DNA of 64,000 bases. Source: Fimicolochytrium jonesii. Its lineage: Eukaryota. Shown piece after piece: positions 23,465 through 34,782 of this stretch. Where the stretch lies: contig NW_026515683.1 in the NCBI RefSeq assembly GCF_025526975.1, positions 558,001 through 622,000 of the forward strand. The letters are read 5' to 3'. The position numbers and the translations under genes were made by a program. The notes under the pieces were generated by a model. That model had not been told where the DNA came from. It was given only the letters and a program-made list of their open reading frames with translations, and made no database searches. The first letter of the stretch is position 1; every line of letters begins with the position of its first letter.

Positions 23465-26400
23465 ATGCCAAACCCACCCGCCGCTCCTGCCAATTTGCCG
23501 GCTCCGCAATCCCCTTTGCGAACTTCGTCGCCCATGAGAGTAGAGTCGGGCAGCCGTCCAACAACGGCGACGACGACGAATGGTGCAAATGGACCCTCCG
23601 CCGCACCGCCAACCCTAGCTCCTCCCTCACAGGCCGCCTCCTCGCCACCGTTGTATTCGCCGGCGCCCAACTCACCAAACGGCAACAGTTTACCGCAGAC
23701 AAATACCGGCGACGCGCCCGTGGAAGACGACTTCGACTGGTTCGAAATTGATAGCGGGCCCGCTCAAGAAGAGGTGGTGCACGAATATGAAGTACGTAAG
23801 GGGGGTTCGACTGTGGGCTTGGTTTGAAATTGTGGTAGCAGGCGAGCCGGAATAAAAATGCACAAGAGCCAAGACATCCGGACGAGGGGTGGAGGCGTTA
23901 GCACACCGGAAAGCGTTTTTCTTAGGCGGTATAGTTGGTTTTGCGCTGTCTCTGCTGTACGGCAGCGAACTAGGATGGAAAGAGACGGCATTCGGCAAGT
24001 GGAAGCAAGCAGTGTCTGAGAATGCGGGTCACTAACATTTCTCATTCCAGTCCAGGGGTCTCTATGGGCTGGATTGTTGTTATCTGCCTGTGTGGGCTCA
24101 ATTCCTTGCATATCTTTTCTCGGGGCTCACGATTCCCGCTGCGCCAGCATTGATAAGCTATCTCGTTGTTTGGAAACCCGGAGGTGTGGTCAGACTGAGA
24201 AGTGTCCCAATGTTGCAATAAGTTTACACATCTATGGGCAGATCCCAATCTCTTTGATAAGATCGGCCCCGAGGATAGCTTGACGCTGAGTACGGAGATT
24301 GCTCGCTGGTGAGTTGTCTTGTCAGTGGAAGTTGTCCACTTCTCTGCGATCATACTGAAACGCTGTTTCCCAGGTCACTGTTCTTTGCATCATCCATCTT
24401 CACTTGGGTCGTGTTGTGGTACTTCATTGACGGTGGGAATGTCCTGATCGTATATGAGGGATCGTTTGAACCGTTCAAACTTACCTTACTACCCCTCAGT
24501 GCTACCGTACGTCATTGTTTCCACGCTGAGTACGCTCTTTGGAGGGTACAGCGAGCGGACCCGAGCGCGACTTGAGGTAGAGTTGGCATGGACCCTTATT
24601 GACAGTACTTTCTGGCTAACCGCACCTCATACAGTACATGGTAGCCGTCAAACTCTTCGTCACGATTGCATCCTGGGCGATCATCACGGTCGTCGCGTTC
24701 GCCCTCCTGTTCAATCAAATGAATCAAGTGGAGTACTGGCTTACGATATTCCATGTGATCGTAACGGGGATGGTGTTCACTCTGTGTATGCTTATACATA
24801 AGCTTCTGTTGCAAGTGATTGGTAAGTGGCCGGTTTTTTGCGGAGCGGAGGCCCGATTGGAGATAAATATTGATATTTCAAATTGTGTAGCCGTGCAATT
24901 TCACAGGTGCGTGTCTGCCGTTGAAGGGTTAAGAGTTTGTCTAATGGCGAATTGAGCTTGCCCTTGCGAAATCGCAGACTCGCGTATAAAGACCGAATCG
25001 CTATATCCAAACGACATATGAAACGTGAGTGCAGGTAGTCCCGTGTATTGGGAAAGAGGGAGTCCAAATACTGAACATTTTCGATTCAACCCTCAGTGCT
25101 CGACGCATTCAAAAAGTACGCAAAGCAACATCGATCAAATAGCGAGTATATTGGACCGGGACAGCTTCTACCGAAAGGCGGCCCACAACCGTCCAATCCG
25201 TCAAGTCCCATCTGGACAGGCCGCTTTGCATATGGCAGGGAGCAGAGCACTACCAACACGCTAGCCACCGATGCAGATTCACAGCAAGGGGCTGCCGCTG
25301 CTTCTCACCGCAAAAACAAGCAGTCTGCGTCGTTCTGGCTGCATATAGTTAGGAGACGGGCGGCTGACAGCGCTGGGCGGAACGGCCTACCTGGGGATCT
25401 AGACGACGACGACCCCGACCTCGAGTCAGGGATGGAGTCTGATGTCACCGAGATGGGGATGATGGGACGGCGACCCACCACCGTCAACGGCCCACCAATA
25501 CCGCCAACAGGGGAACTCGCAGAAATCCAAAAATCATACCCCATCCACGCCCCCGACGACCAATCATCGCCGTTACCGGCCCGCCCGCGTACAACCTCCG
25601 ACTCCCCACACTCCCTCAACATTGACTCCCTCCACCGCAGCCCGACCGTACTCGCCCGCAACGTTTCCAGAAAGACCGCCCGATCCCGCCCAGCCTCTCG
25701 CGCCGGCTCCCCACCCTCCTCGCCCGGCCTGCGCCCCATCACCGCCTCCGACCTCCTCCCCACGACGCACACCATCTCGCGCTCCACCCGTCCCTCCATG
25801 TCGCACAGCCGCGCGGCGTCCGCAAGAAGGAGCGATACCGTGCAGGATCTGCTCTCCCCGAGCTCGCCGCATGATGATAAGCATATTCGCTCCCCGATAC
25901 CCGGCTTGACGGAATTCAAGGGAAATCGGTACAAACAGGAGCTGGCGAGGATGGATATTACGAGTCATATACAGGCGGGCAAGCTGGCGAAGAAGATATT
26001 CATGGGGTTGGGAGGGAAGGAGAAAGGGTTTTTGACGTCGGAGGATTTCATGCGGTAATGACATTTATAACCTGCCTCCGCTCATCAATTCACATCGTGA
26101 CAAATGTTTATTCTGAAAACATTAGATGCTTCGCAGACCCCTCCCTCGCATCCGAAGCCTTCCTCCTCCTCGACCAAGACGGCAATGGCTCCATCACGCG
26201 CAAAGAAGTGAAAGACTGCGTCGTTGGGATGTATCGCGAGCGCCGCGGGCTGTACCGCGCGATGCGGGATTTGTCGCAGGCGTTGGGGAAGCTTAATTCG
26301 TGAGTTTGTGTGTGTGGGGGCGGAGGGTGATTTGTGGGTGGTGGATTGATGTTTGTTCTTGAGGAAGGTTTTTCTTTTTTGTGGATAGCTTTGTGTCGTT

Positions 26401-27872
26401 TTGTATTGCTTTGCCGGTGAGTTTTTTTTAACGATTTGCGCCCTTGTCACAAAGAACCGTCATTTTTCCGGCCGTAACTCACATATCTGTTATTCCTACT
26501 ACATTTCGTGTGCGTAGATCTTTGGTATCAGCCTCACCGCGATGCTCCCCTTCACGAGTTTTATCCTCGCGCTGAGTTTCGTTTTCGGTAGGGAATCTTC
26601 ATTTGCATTGTTGAGTTCGGAGGATCATATAGGCATGCAGCGCTTATCAAATGACCATATCCTCGCTCTACAGGAACCGCGGCACGCACCGCCTTCGAAT
26701 CGCTGCTCTTCTTATTCGTCACACATCCATATGATGCTGGTAGATAAAGGCCGCCCACTTGAACATGTTACGGAGCAGCATGCTCACTGTCTTCACGTCC
26801 TCGCATGCACAGGCGACCGAGTCCTCATCGACAACCAGAACTTGCTCGTGGAAGAAGTGGGCGTGTTGACAACGATTTTCAAGAGGATGGATGGACAGTT
26901 GATTTATGCGCCTAATAGTAGGTTTTGTTGGAACTTCGCGTTTCTGATCTCGACTGGTTTGATGTTGACATGGACTTGAATTCTCTGTAGCACTCATTGC
27001 GTCGAAACTTATACATAATCTGCGGAGGTCGGGGGATCAGGTGCGGTCGCTGGGATCTGTCCGCCATCTTGAGTGTTCGGTGGTCACGGTCTTCTGATAT
27101 GTCTGCCCTTTTTTCTCTTACTTTTGTCTCTGTCTTTTGTTAGTCCGAAGCCATCGAACTCCAACTAGGTACAATATCCACCCTTTACTTCGCATCCCTC
27201 GCCCACCACCACGCACTAACCCCGCTCCACTTACCACAGACTTCGACACCCCCGAAGAAAAACTCCGCGCTCTAAAAGACCGCATCCAAGAATTCGTCCG
27301 CTCCGAGCCGCGCGAGTACGCCGGCGTGGATATGCATATCTCCGATATCGAGAATATGAATAAGTTGAAGGTCAATATGGTGTTAAAGCATAAGGGTATG
27401 TGTGGTGGGCGGATTGGTGAGAAAGGGTGATTAGGGAGAGAGTGGATTGTTTATTTTTTCCTGTTTTTGATGATCCTAGGGAACTGGCAGGATGGGAGTA
27501 AACGGTGGGGGAGGCGGACGCAGGTGAGGATCTTCTTGTGGTCGTGTTGTTATTGGTTTAAGAGAACCGAGTTCTATTCGCTACCACAATAAACTGAACG
27601 AATTCAATCCCACCTCCCCCCTTTCCATGCAGTTCATGTACGCCCTCCGCCGGCACCTAACGGACCTCCAAATCGTCTACCTGACGCCCGCGCAACACAA
27701 AATCGAGACCTCATCCTCCACAACATCCTCTTCTCAACAACAGCCACAGCAAATGCAGGCGGCGCCCATGACGACCTTATCGGTGCCGACGTTCACGATG
27801 AGCGAGCCTGCGGCGGAGAGGGCGGTTGCGGCGGCGGCGCAGCAGAGTTTGGCGGGGGGGATGCATATGTGA
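23465..27872 (+). CDS. MscS-like mechanosensitive channel with EF-hand (fungal Msy1/Msy2 type), many exons; start uncertain (possibly 23295)
   Basis: Hydrophobic TM exons, KLLLQVIA.QFH, A.KLAKKIF, EF-hand DQDGNGSITRKE, ALSFVFG, FLFVTHPYDAGDRVLID, and DGQLIYAPN. Confidence 0.88.
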
Positions 27873-28177
27873 TTCGGGGCTTGGGAGGGAGTGGGTTTGT
27901 TCTTCTGGGTTCTGGGACATGGGTTTTTGGGTTGCGTTACGATTTTGAGCTTTTTACTGATGCGTTTGTTTGAGTGTACTTTTTGGTCGTTATGTTGTGG
28001 GGCGATATGCAATGTGTGAAGAAGCGCATGAGAGGTTCATAAATACGTAGTATTCGAAAAGAATGGCCGTTCAACATGCGCATATCATCTGTGGTTTCCC
28101 CACATAGATATTGTTTTCATCCTCACTCTATCTATATTCATATTCTTGCTTTCTCCCTCCTCCATCTCTCCCTCCCC

Positions 28178-28819
28178 CTAAAGCAAAGTCAAATCGACAA
28201 GATCAAATTTCCTCCTCCCCTTCAGCATCAAACTCTGTGTCAAATCCGCCTGCCTCTGCACCTTATCCACCTGCGAGATCTCCCTAATCTTCTGCTGCAC
28301 ATACGCCAACCGCTGCTCCCCATCCATGCCCAAATAAGACTTGATATCCAAACTATTCGCCAACCGCTTCTTCATCTCCGGCCTAGTCGGCAGCGCAGGG
28401 AGCGTGCCATCATCCACCGAAACGATCCGTCTCCGCTTCTCGAGATCGTAGTGCAGGACCACGCGGCCGGGGATGAGCGCAAAGAGGGTATGGTCCTTCC
28501 CCATCCCGACGTTGTGGCCGGGGTGCCATTCGGTCCCGCGTTGGCGGATGATGATGTTCCCCGGCTCGACTTTTGCGTTGTGGAGGGCTTTGAAGCCGAG
28601 ATATTTTGGTTGCGAGGTGCGTCCGTTTTTGGTGGAGCCGCCGGCTTTTTTGGTGGCGAAACGGATCTGGGAGAAGGTGAAGGATGTGGGGGGGCGGACG
28701 GTGGTGGGGCTGCTGGTGAGAGGATCGAGGGGGGTGGGGCGGAGGTGGGTGAGGCAGCCGGCCGAGGGCCGTTTGGGGAGGGAGGCGGCGGCTGGGGCGC
28801 CTATCCGGGATAGCAACAT
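28178..28819 (-). CDS. MRP7: Mitochondrial ribosomal protein bL27m
   Basis: Presequence followed by [21 protein letters not shown]...[27 protein letters not shown]. Confidence 0.95.
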   Translation of the reverse strand: MLLSRIGAPAAASLPKRPSAGCLTHLRPTPLDPLTSSPTTVRPPTSFTFSQIRFATKKAGGSTKNGRTSQPKYLGFKALHNAKVEPGNIIIRQRGTEWHPGHNVGMGKDHTLFALIPGRVVLHYDLEKRRRIVSVDDGTLPALPTRPEMKKRLANSLDIKSYLGMDGEQRLAYVQQKIREISQVDKVQRQADLTQSLMLKGRRKFDLVDLTLL

Positions 28820-29241
28820 TGTGATGGAGGGAGCGTTGAAGTTGGAGGTTTGGAGGGTGGGATTTTTTCGCTTTTTGCCGTTGGGGATCGAGTGGCTGAG
28901 CCCCGAGTTAAGAGTCTAACTCCGGTTCGAAGTCTAGTGACAGGAGTGCTGTATGCCGGTAGCTGAGCGACGACAGCTCTCTCTCTGGAGAAGAAGATTG
29001 GCGGAACGGGTCGAGGGATTCAGCGAGGGATTGGGGCAATTGAGGAGCGACTTGCAAGAGCCGCGTCTCTTCGTTTTCTGTTTCTCGCTCCATTTGCGAC
29101 ATTCTCTTGCAACCTGCTTGCAACCAGCACTCAACCACCGGCCGCACTGTATTCACCCACAACAGTTATCCTCAACTAATAAAGCTCTCGCAGCACCTGC
29201 CGGACCTTGTCGTTTATCGCCGCTTCACACCCCCGCCCAAC

Positions 29242-30843
29242 ATGCCCCCACCCTCAAAACACCCCAAACGCCCCAAAAAGCCCTCAGCTGGCCCTGCCAC
29301 ACCCCCAAAACCCACCACCTTCGCCGACTCCATCACCGAAGCCCTCTCCCTCGAAGACAAAGGCGACCGGCACGGCACCTCCGCCAAAGCGCTCCGCTTC
29401 TACCAACGCGCCCGCGAAATGTACGCACATGCGCATTCGCTCGAGCCTAGCGACGCGGAGTGCATGTACAATTGGGGACGGATCCTGCTCGTAATTGCCG
29501 AGTTTCAGGTGGACAACGGAGATGATGATATCGACGACGAAGCGGCGGGTAGATTTGCGTTGTTCAACGAGGCGGCGGAGAAGTTCAGGAAGGGTGACCA
29601 GGCGAACGTGGATGTGCTGTTTAATCTGGCGCAGGCTTTGAGGGGCGCTGCGGAGATTGCGTTGGAGGAGGAGGGCACGGGGAGCGGGGTGGGTGGGGGT
29701 GCGGCGGAGGCGGTGAAGATGTTGACTGAGGCGGAGGCGGCGTTGGAGGAGGTGTTTCGGTTGCAGATTGCGTTGATGGAGGACGAGGGGAAGGGGCCGG
29801 CGGATGATGCTGCACTGAAGAGTGCAGCGGCTGTAAAAGAGGGATCTGTGGACAAAGAAGAGGAGAAGACCGGAGGGGACGAAGATGAAGAAGGACAAGA
29901 AGAAGAAGAAGAAGAAGAAGAAGAAGAAGAAGAAGAAGACTCCCCAACAGTTTCCCTCATCGACACCCTCTCCGCCCACGCGCAGACCCTCACTCTCCTC
30001 TTCCAAGAAGTTCGCGACCCAGAATCCACCCTCCTCTATACCCGCGCCCTCTCCAAACTCCACAAAGCCCAATCTCTCCTCGACTCCCCTCCGCAAACGG
30101 ACCCGATAACACCCACCGAGAAACAACGCTGCCAACACGACATTGACATCCGGTTTGCGGAGACTTTCGCGGCCCGCGCGGATGTTGTTGCACAGGTTGA
30201 GAACCGCGTCGATGAGGAGATCTTTGGACAGGCTGTGGGGAGGCTGGAGAAGGTGCTTGGAGGGGATAAAGACAACGTCGAAGCGCTTTGCGAAAAAGGG
30301 GATGTGCTCTGCTCATGGGCCGATGCGGTCAAGATGTGTGCAGGCGGGGTGGAAAAGATCCTCGCTGCCGCGGGTACCAACACATCTTCTTCCTCATCCT
30401 CATCAACAACACCACCAACGAACCCCCTAACACTCCTCCGCACCCTCTACACCCGCGCCGTCGACGCCTACACCCTCGCCTACACACTCACCCCAACCTC
30501 CGCCCCCATCGCCGCAAAACTCGGCGACACCCACCTGCTCCGTATCCCCCTCTACACCCCCCCGACCACCCAATCCCAACTCCCAACCCTCGCCCTCAAC
30601 GCCGAACGATACTACCGCCGCGCCGTCACGCTCAAAGACCACTCTGTGCTGCTCCGCCTCGCCAAAGCGTTGTCGTGGGCGGGGAAGGAGGAGGAGTGTA
30701 GGAAGGTGGTTGTGGCGTGGCGGAAGAAGGTGGACAGGGGGGATGGGGATGTGGGGGAGGAGGGGGAGACGGCTGAGGTGGGGTGGGCGGGCGTGGTTAA
30801 GGGGTGGGAGTGGTTTGAGGGTGCGTTGGAGGGAACGGCGTAG
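29242..30843 (+). CDS. TPR-like alpha-helical repeat protein
   Basis: Long intronless ORF from the ATG at 29242; TPR-like motifs (AECMYNWGRIL, DVLFNLAQAL, EALCEKGDVL); poly-Glu tract. Confidence 0.8.
   Translation: MPPPSKHPKRPKKPSAGPATPPKPTTFADSITEALSLEDKGDRHGTSAKALRFYQRAREMYAHAHSLEPSDAECMYNWGRILLVIAEFQVDNGDDDIDDEAAGRFALFNEAAEKFRKGDQANVDVLFNLAQALRGAAEIALEEEGTGSGVGGGAAEAVKMLTEAEAALEEVFRLQIALMEDEGKGPADDAALKSAAAVKEGSVDKEEEKTGGDEDEEGQEEEEEEEEEEEEEDSPTVSLIDTLSAHAQTLTLLFQEVRDPESTLLYTRALSKLHKAQSLLDSPPQTDPITPTEKQRCQHDIDIRFAETFAARADVVAQVENRVDEEIFGQAVGRLEKVLGGDKDNVEALCEKGDVLCSWADAVKMCAGGVEKILAAAGTNTSSSSSSSTTPPTNPLTLLRTLYTRAVDAYTLAYTLTPTSAPIAAKLGDTHLLRIPLYTPPTTQSQLPTLALNAERYYRRAVTLKDHSVLLRLAKALSWAGKEEECRKVVVAWRKKVDRGDGDVGEEGETAEVGWAGVVKGWEWFEGALEGTA
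29897..29938 (+). repeat. (GAA)n microsatellite encoding poly-Glu
   Basis: About 13 GAA units. Confidence 0.9.
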
Positions 30844-31119
30844 GGGTGTCCCGAATTGGCATATATGGTAGAATAGGTTATAGCAAGTTGCGCTATGATT
30901 TGGAGGATAGGTCCGCCTAGCTTTGTGGAGAATCGAAGGGACGAGGTCCATCCGATTGTGCATATCTTGGCATACCACATGAGTGTTCATTTTGGGGCAT
31001 GTCTTTCCGTTCGGTGATTTTCTGAACAGAGCTCGCACCCTGGCTCGCACCCTAGTGATCTAGAAACGTAGCCTACTCCTTTGGCGAGGGAGACTCGTCG
31101 ACACGGCACTACTCCATTT

Positions 31120-31269
31120 CTTGACTTATTTGCGCAACACAAGAGTACTAGCTACGCAGAAACAAATGAATTGCCACCAACTACAGTACAAATGCTTGAC
31201 TTACTTGCGCAACACAAGAGTACTAGATACGCAGAAACGAATGAATTGCCACCAACTACAGTACAAATG
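31120..31269. repeat. 75-bp tandem duplication between convergent genes
   Basis: CTTGACTTA.TTGCGCAACACAAGAGTACTAG...CAGTACAAATG occurs twice. Confidence 0.85.
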
Positions 31270-31471
31270 CAAGAGAAGAATACAGTATGAAAGAACCTAA
31301 ACAACTAAACAAAGGCGGGAGGGCCAAAAACACACACAGGCGCGTGTGTGCATAACTGATAAATACAACGTGGAGCATTGAACGGGTGGTGGTGCGTGTG
31401 TGTTTAGATGCGCCGTGCTTTCCGCGCGTTGGATGAATGATTAAACCGTGAAGGGGCCAGGTACATCCGAT

Positions 31472-32888
31472 TTACTGCTGCTTGCATTCCGGGGGCTTAT
31501 CGGTCGAGTTGGCCGGAGCCTCGCCACCCTCTTCCTCCGCAGCATCCTCATCACCCTCATCCTCATCGTCATCCTCGTCCTCGTCATCATCATCCCCAGA
31601 GTACAACTCCTCATCAAACTCATCCTCCTCAAACTCCAGCGCCTTGCCCGTGAACCAGTCAACAGCACGCGGGATGATCTTCTCCTTGATCATTTCTCCA
31701 ATCTCGTAATCCATCTCCAACCGCTGTTCGAGTTCCTCGAGGTCTTCCTCATCGGCGTCATCGTCGTCGTCTTCGGGGGCGGTGGGCGGCGAGAAGAAGG
31801 AGAAGAAGGTCTCGGCGGGGACGGTTTTCTTGACGGTACGGGTCTTGTTTGAAGACTTGTGGCGTTGCTTCTTGATCTCGATTTTGACGCTCAGGTCTTT
31901 GCCCTCCTTCCAGTGGATCGGGCTGCCTTCGGCGCGGTCGTAAAGGACGTCGCCGTAGCCGGATTCGGGGGAGGACTCGAGGTAGTAGGTTTTTGTGAGG
32001 ACGGAGTCGGTGAAATAGTCGTTAGGGGCAAAGTGGAAGGTCAGAGTGAAGCCCTGCACAGACCGCAAAAAGGAAAGTTAGTTCTGTAATCCCTGCCGAT
32101 ACCATTCACATTCAATCCCCAAAACATACGGGGTTGTCTTCGAGGTAAGTCAGCTTGATATCCGTCAGTTTCTTCAACACCTCCTCATCCTTCTCCGTAA
32201 TCATTTCCGCCAACTGTGCGTTGTTCCTCAACGCAGTCAACCAGAACTCGGGGATTCCCGCAATGTCCTTGCCGTCCTCAACAGTCTTGGCCGGGGTGGG
32301 CGGAGTGGCCTTCTCCTTGTCCTCATCCTCTTCGTCCTCCTCAGGCTTCCTCTCGCATTCAGCGTCAGTGGGCTCGACGGATCCGGCGATAATAGCGGAC
32401 CGCTGGTCGTATAGAGGTTGGTACTTGGCGTGGAACTTCTTTTCGAGCGCCAAGAGTTCGGCTTGGAACTCGGCTTCGAGGCCGGTGTGCTTATCCTATT
32501 TGAGAAGAAAAAAGCTTGTGTAAGCCTCTGGTTCTTCTGCGATTTCCATTGCTCGCAATAAGGAGTCAAGGACATAGGTGAAGCGATTCGGCACTTCGCT
32601 TCATTGCGACTCTTTGACCGCTGAACACCGCCCCTCAAAACCTCACCTGCAAGTTCAACAACGCATTCATCCTCCTCTTCACACTGGTAGGTAAGCTGTC
32701 AATGTAACCCGAGGGCCTGCCAACAAGGGAGCCCAGACGCTCCTGGAGTGCGCTCAGCATGGCGGGGTCTTGGAAGGCTTTTAGTGGGAAAATCGAGAGA
32801 AGCGTTAGTCCAAAGCTTAGTTTCAGCGGAGTGTGATAGAGAGACTTGGATGAGTGTTGGTGCTAGACATACCTGATTCTAAGGCCAT
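31472..32888 (-). CDS. NAP1: Nucleosome assembly protein 1, multi-exon
   Basis: [86 protein letters not shown] and a C-terminal ECKQQ. Confidence 0.96.
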
Positions 32889-33080
32889 TGTTGTATGTGC
32901 CGTTAAGAGTGATCTGCTGTAGTTCCTACGGCTTTCTCTAGCGTCTTTTGGCGGGCGGGGAAAGAAAGCGGAGAGCCGTTTGTCCGGAAGACCCGCTAAG
33001 CCACACTCCCAGAACACCTTGCAACAAGCAGGCCAGCCAACAAGCTACTGTACCTCGGCCAACCCAACAACCAAGCAAAC

Positions 33081-33305
33081 ATGCACATCCCACAAGCACC
33101 AACACCCCTCCACCACCGTCTCATACCGCAACGACCCACGCGCCTCGGCTGGAAAGTCTATCTGCTCACCGCCGTAGTCTCCACGTTCACCGGGTTCTAC
33201 GTTTTTGACCCTTACATGCGCGCGCAATTCGAGCCACAGCAACAAGCAACGGCAGCGGCGGCTGGTGGGGCCAAGGAGGGAGCCGGTGGGGTCGCTGCCA
33301 AGTGA
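33081..33305 (+). CDS. Small single-transmembrane protein (PIGBOS1/Ecm19-like pattern)
   Basis: 74-aa ORF divergent from NAP1 with TM segment VYLLTAVVSTFTGFYVFDP. Confidence 0.55.
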   Translation: MHIPQAPTPLHHRLIPQRPTRLGWKVYLLTAVVSTFTGFYVFDPYMRAQFEPQQQATAAAAGGAKEGAGGVAAK

Positions 33306-34149
33306 GACGGCGTGAGAACGAGCACGAATATGCTAGGGATAGGCGAACGGAGTTTTTTCTAGGTGTGGAAGGTGTGCGGAATAGTGGCGAGTGAACTATT
33401 TCACACTTCCCACAACCGGAAGGCCGCACAGCGGGATCGGATAGGGATCCTGGTTACGAATCCGCCGTACGCGAAACGTCGAATATACCCCTCATCTCTC
33501 GGTCCGGCAACCCGCCACCCGTGCACAAGCAATTGCGGGTGTGGATATGTTACCTATCCCGCCTGAACGAAACACCTGACAGATAGATTTACGGCGAAAG
33601 GAGGGCTGTACGAGATGAGAGGGTGCCGAACGCCCCCATCTGGTCATGTTGCTTCACATTCCGAATGGCATCATTGGCGCAGACGCATCGTTGATCGGAA
33701 TGATGCACGAGAAACCATCGGGCCATGTATGTAGGGGTGAACGTAGCTGGGCAAGAGGGTAGAGTGCAGATAGGGCTTAAATGAAGGCGTCGGCTCATTC
33801 CGGCCTGTTCTCAACATTAGACGTACTCGATAGATCCTCACTGTTTCCGTCGCCCCTTGGAAAGGAAACATGGAGAATAGAAACGCCCACATTCTTGAAT
33901 CTCAGGCCAATGAAAGAGCCAAAATGTCAGAACAAGGCCGCCAACAACATAATCGTGATCTAAATAGCCATGAGAAGGAGGAGCACTGTCTAAAGATATG
34001 GGAAACTACCTATGCTTCTACTACGCCGTAAGCTTGTATCTATATGTAACCTGATTCAGCAACCCAGGCAACCCTATCGAACGCTAAACTTGGGCCTGCA
34101 AGCTGATCGCTAACAAAGTGACCGCCGGCAAAACAACGTCCGCCGCCGC

Positions 34150-34460
34150 CTACTTTGTACCAATCGTAACCCCACGGGCATGGACAAACGCGACGGTCTT
34201 CTCTTGGACAGCTTGCGCTTTGCGAATCTCCGCTTGCAGTGCCTCTTCATCCATCTCCCTGCGGATGCGCTCCATCTTTTCGGCGTACTTGTGCTTGGCT
34301 CGCTCCAGCTCGGCAGAGACCCCCGGGTCGCGACGGTCGGTGCTCTTGTCTTCTTTCTATTAAGCGAGAACATAATGAGACAAAGAACGTGGAACAAAGG
34401 TGCAAGCACCCGAAATAGCATGCAAGGTTACCTCTATAACGTTGGGTCGGCGGGTCGGCG
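34150..34460 (-). other. Possible exon(s) of a small coiled-coil protein or pseudogene
   Basis: Putative GT-AG intron at ~34431-34358, then KEDKSTDRRDPGVSAELERAKHKYAEKMERIRREMDEEALQAEIRK..stop. Confidence 0.3.
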
Positions 34461-34537
34461 GGGGGGCATGAATGGGGCCAGCGGGCGAGAGGTTGGGGAG
34501 CGTGGGGAGTCGGCAAGGGGGGAAATGTGGAGGGGGA

Positions 34538-34568
<31 letters not shown>

Positions 34569-34596
34569 CTGGGCGGGAGGGGCCTGGGACGCAAAA

Positions 34597-34782
34597 CATC
34601 CATCCACCACGCCATCCATGCCAAGCTACGGTCGGTCCCCTTCGCCGCCCCGTCGGCGATCCCTCTCTCCCCACCAGAATGCTGGTGCAGCGCCAGCATT
34701 ACGGGGAGAGAAAGAGGGAGCGCCGACGGGGCGGTGATGGGGAACGACCGTAGCTTGGCATGGATGGCGTGGTGGATGGATG
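34597..34782. repeat. ~186-bp imperfect foldback (inverted repeat)
   Basis: CATCCATCCACCACGCCATCCATGCCAAGCTACGGTCG... pairs with ...CGACCGTAGCTTGGCATGGATGGCGTGGTGGATGGATG; inner stem AATGCTGG/CCAGCATT. Confidence 0.9.

Noticed and set aside
29284..30138. Antisense ORFs with poly-F/S/L/K tracts
   Set aside because: Shadow frames of the GAA repeat in the TPR-like gene.
34541..34568. G28 run as a functional G-quadruplex
   Set aside because: Cannot be distinguished from a homopolymer or sequencing artefact without reads.
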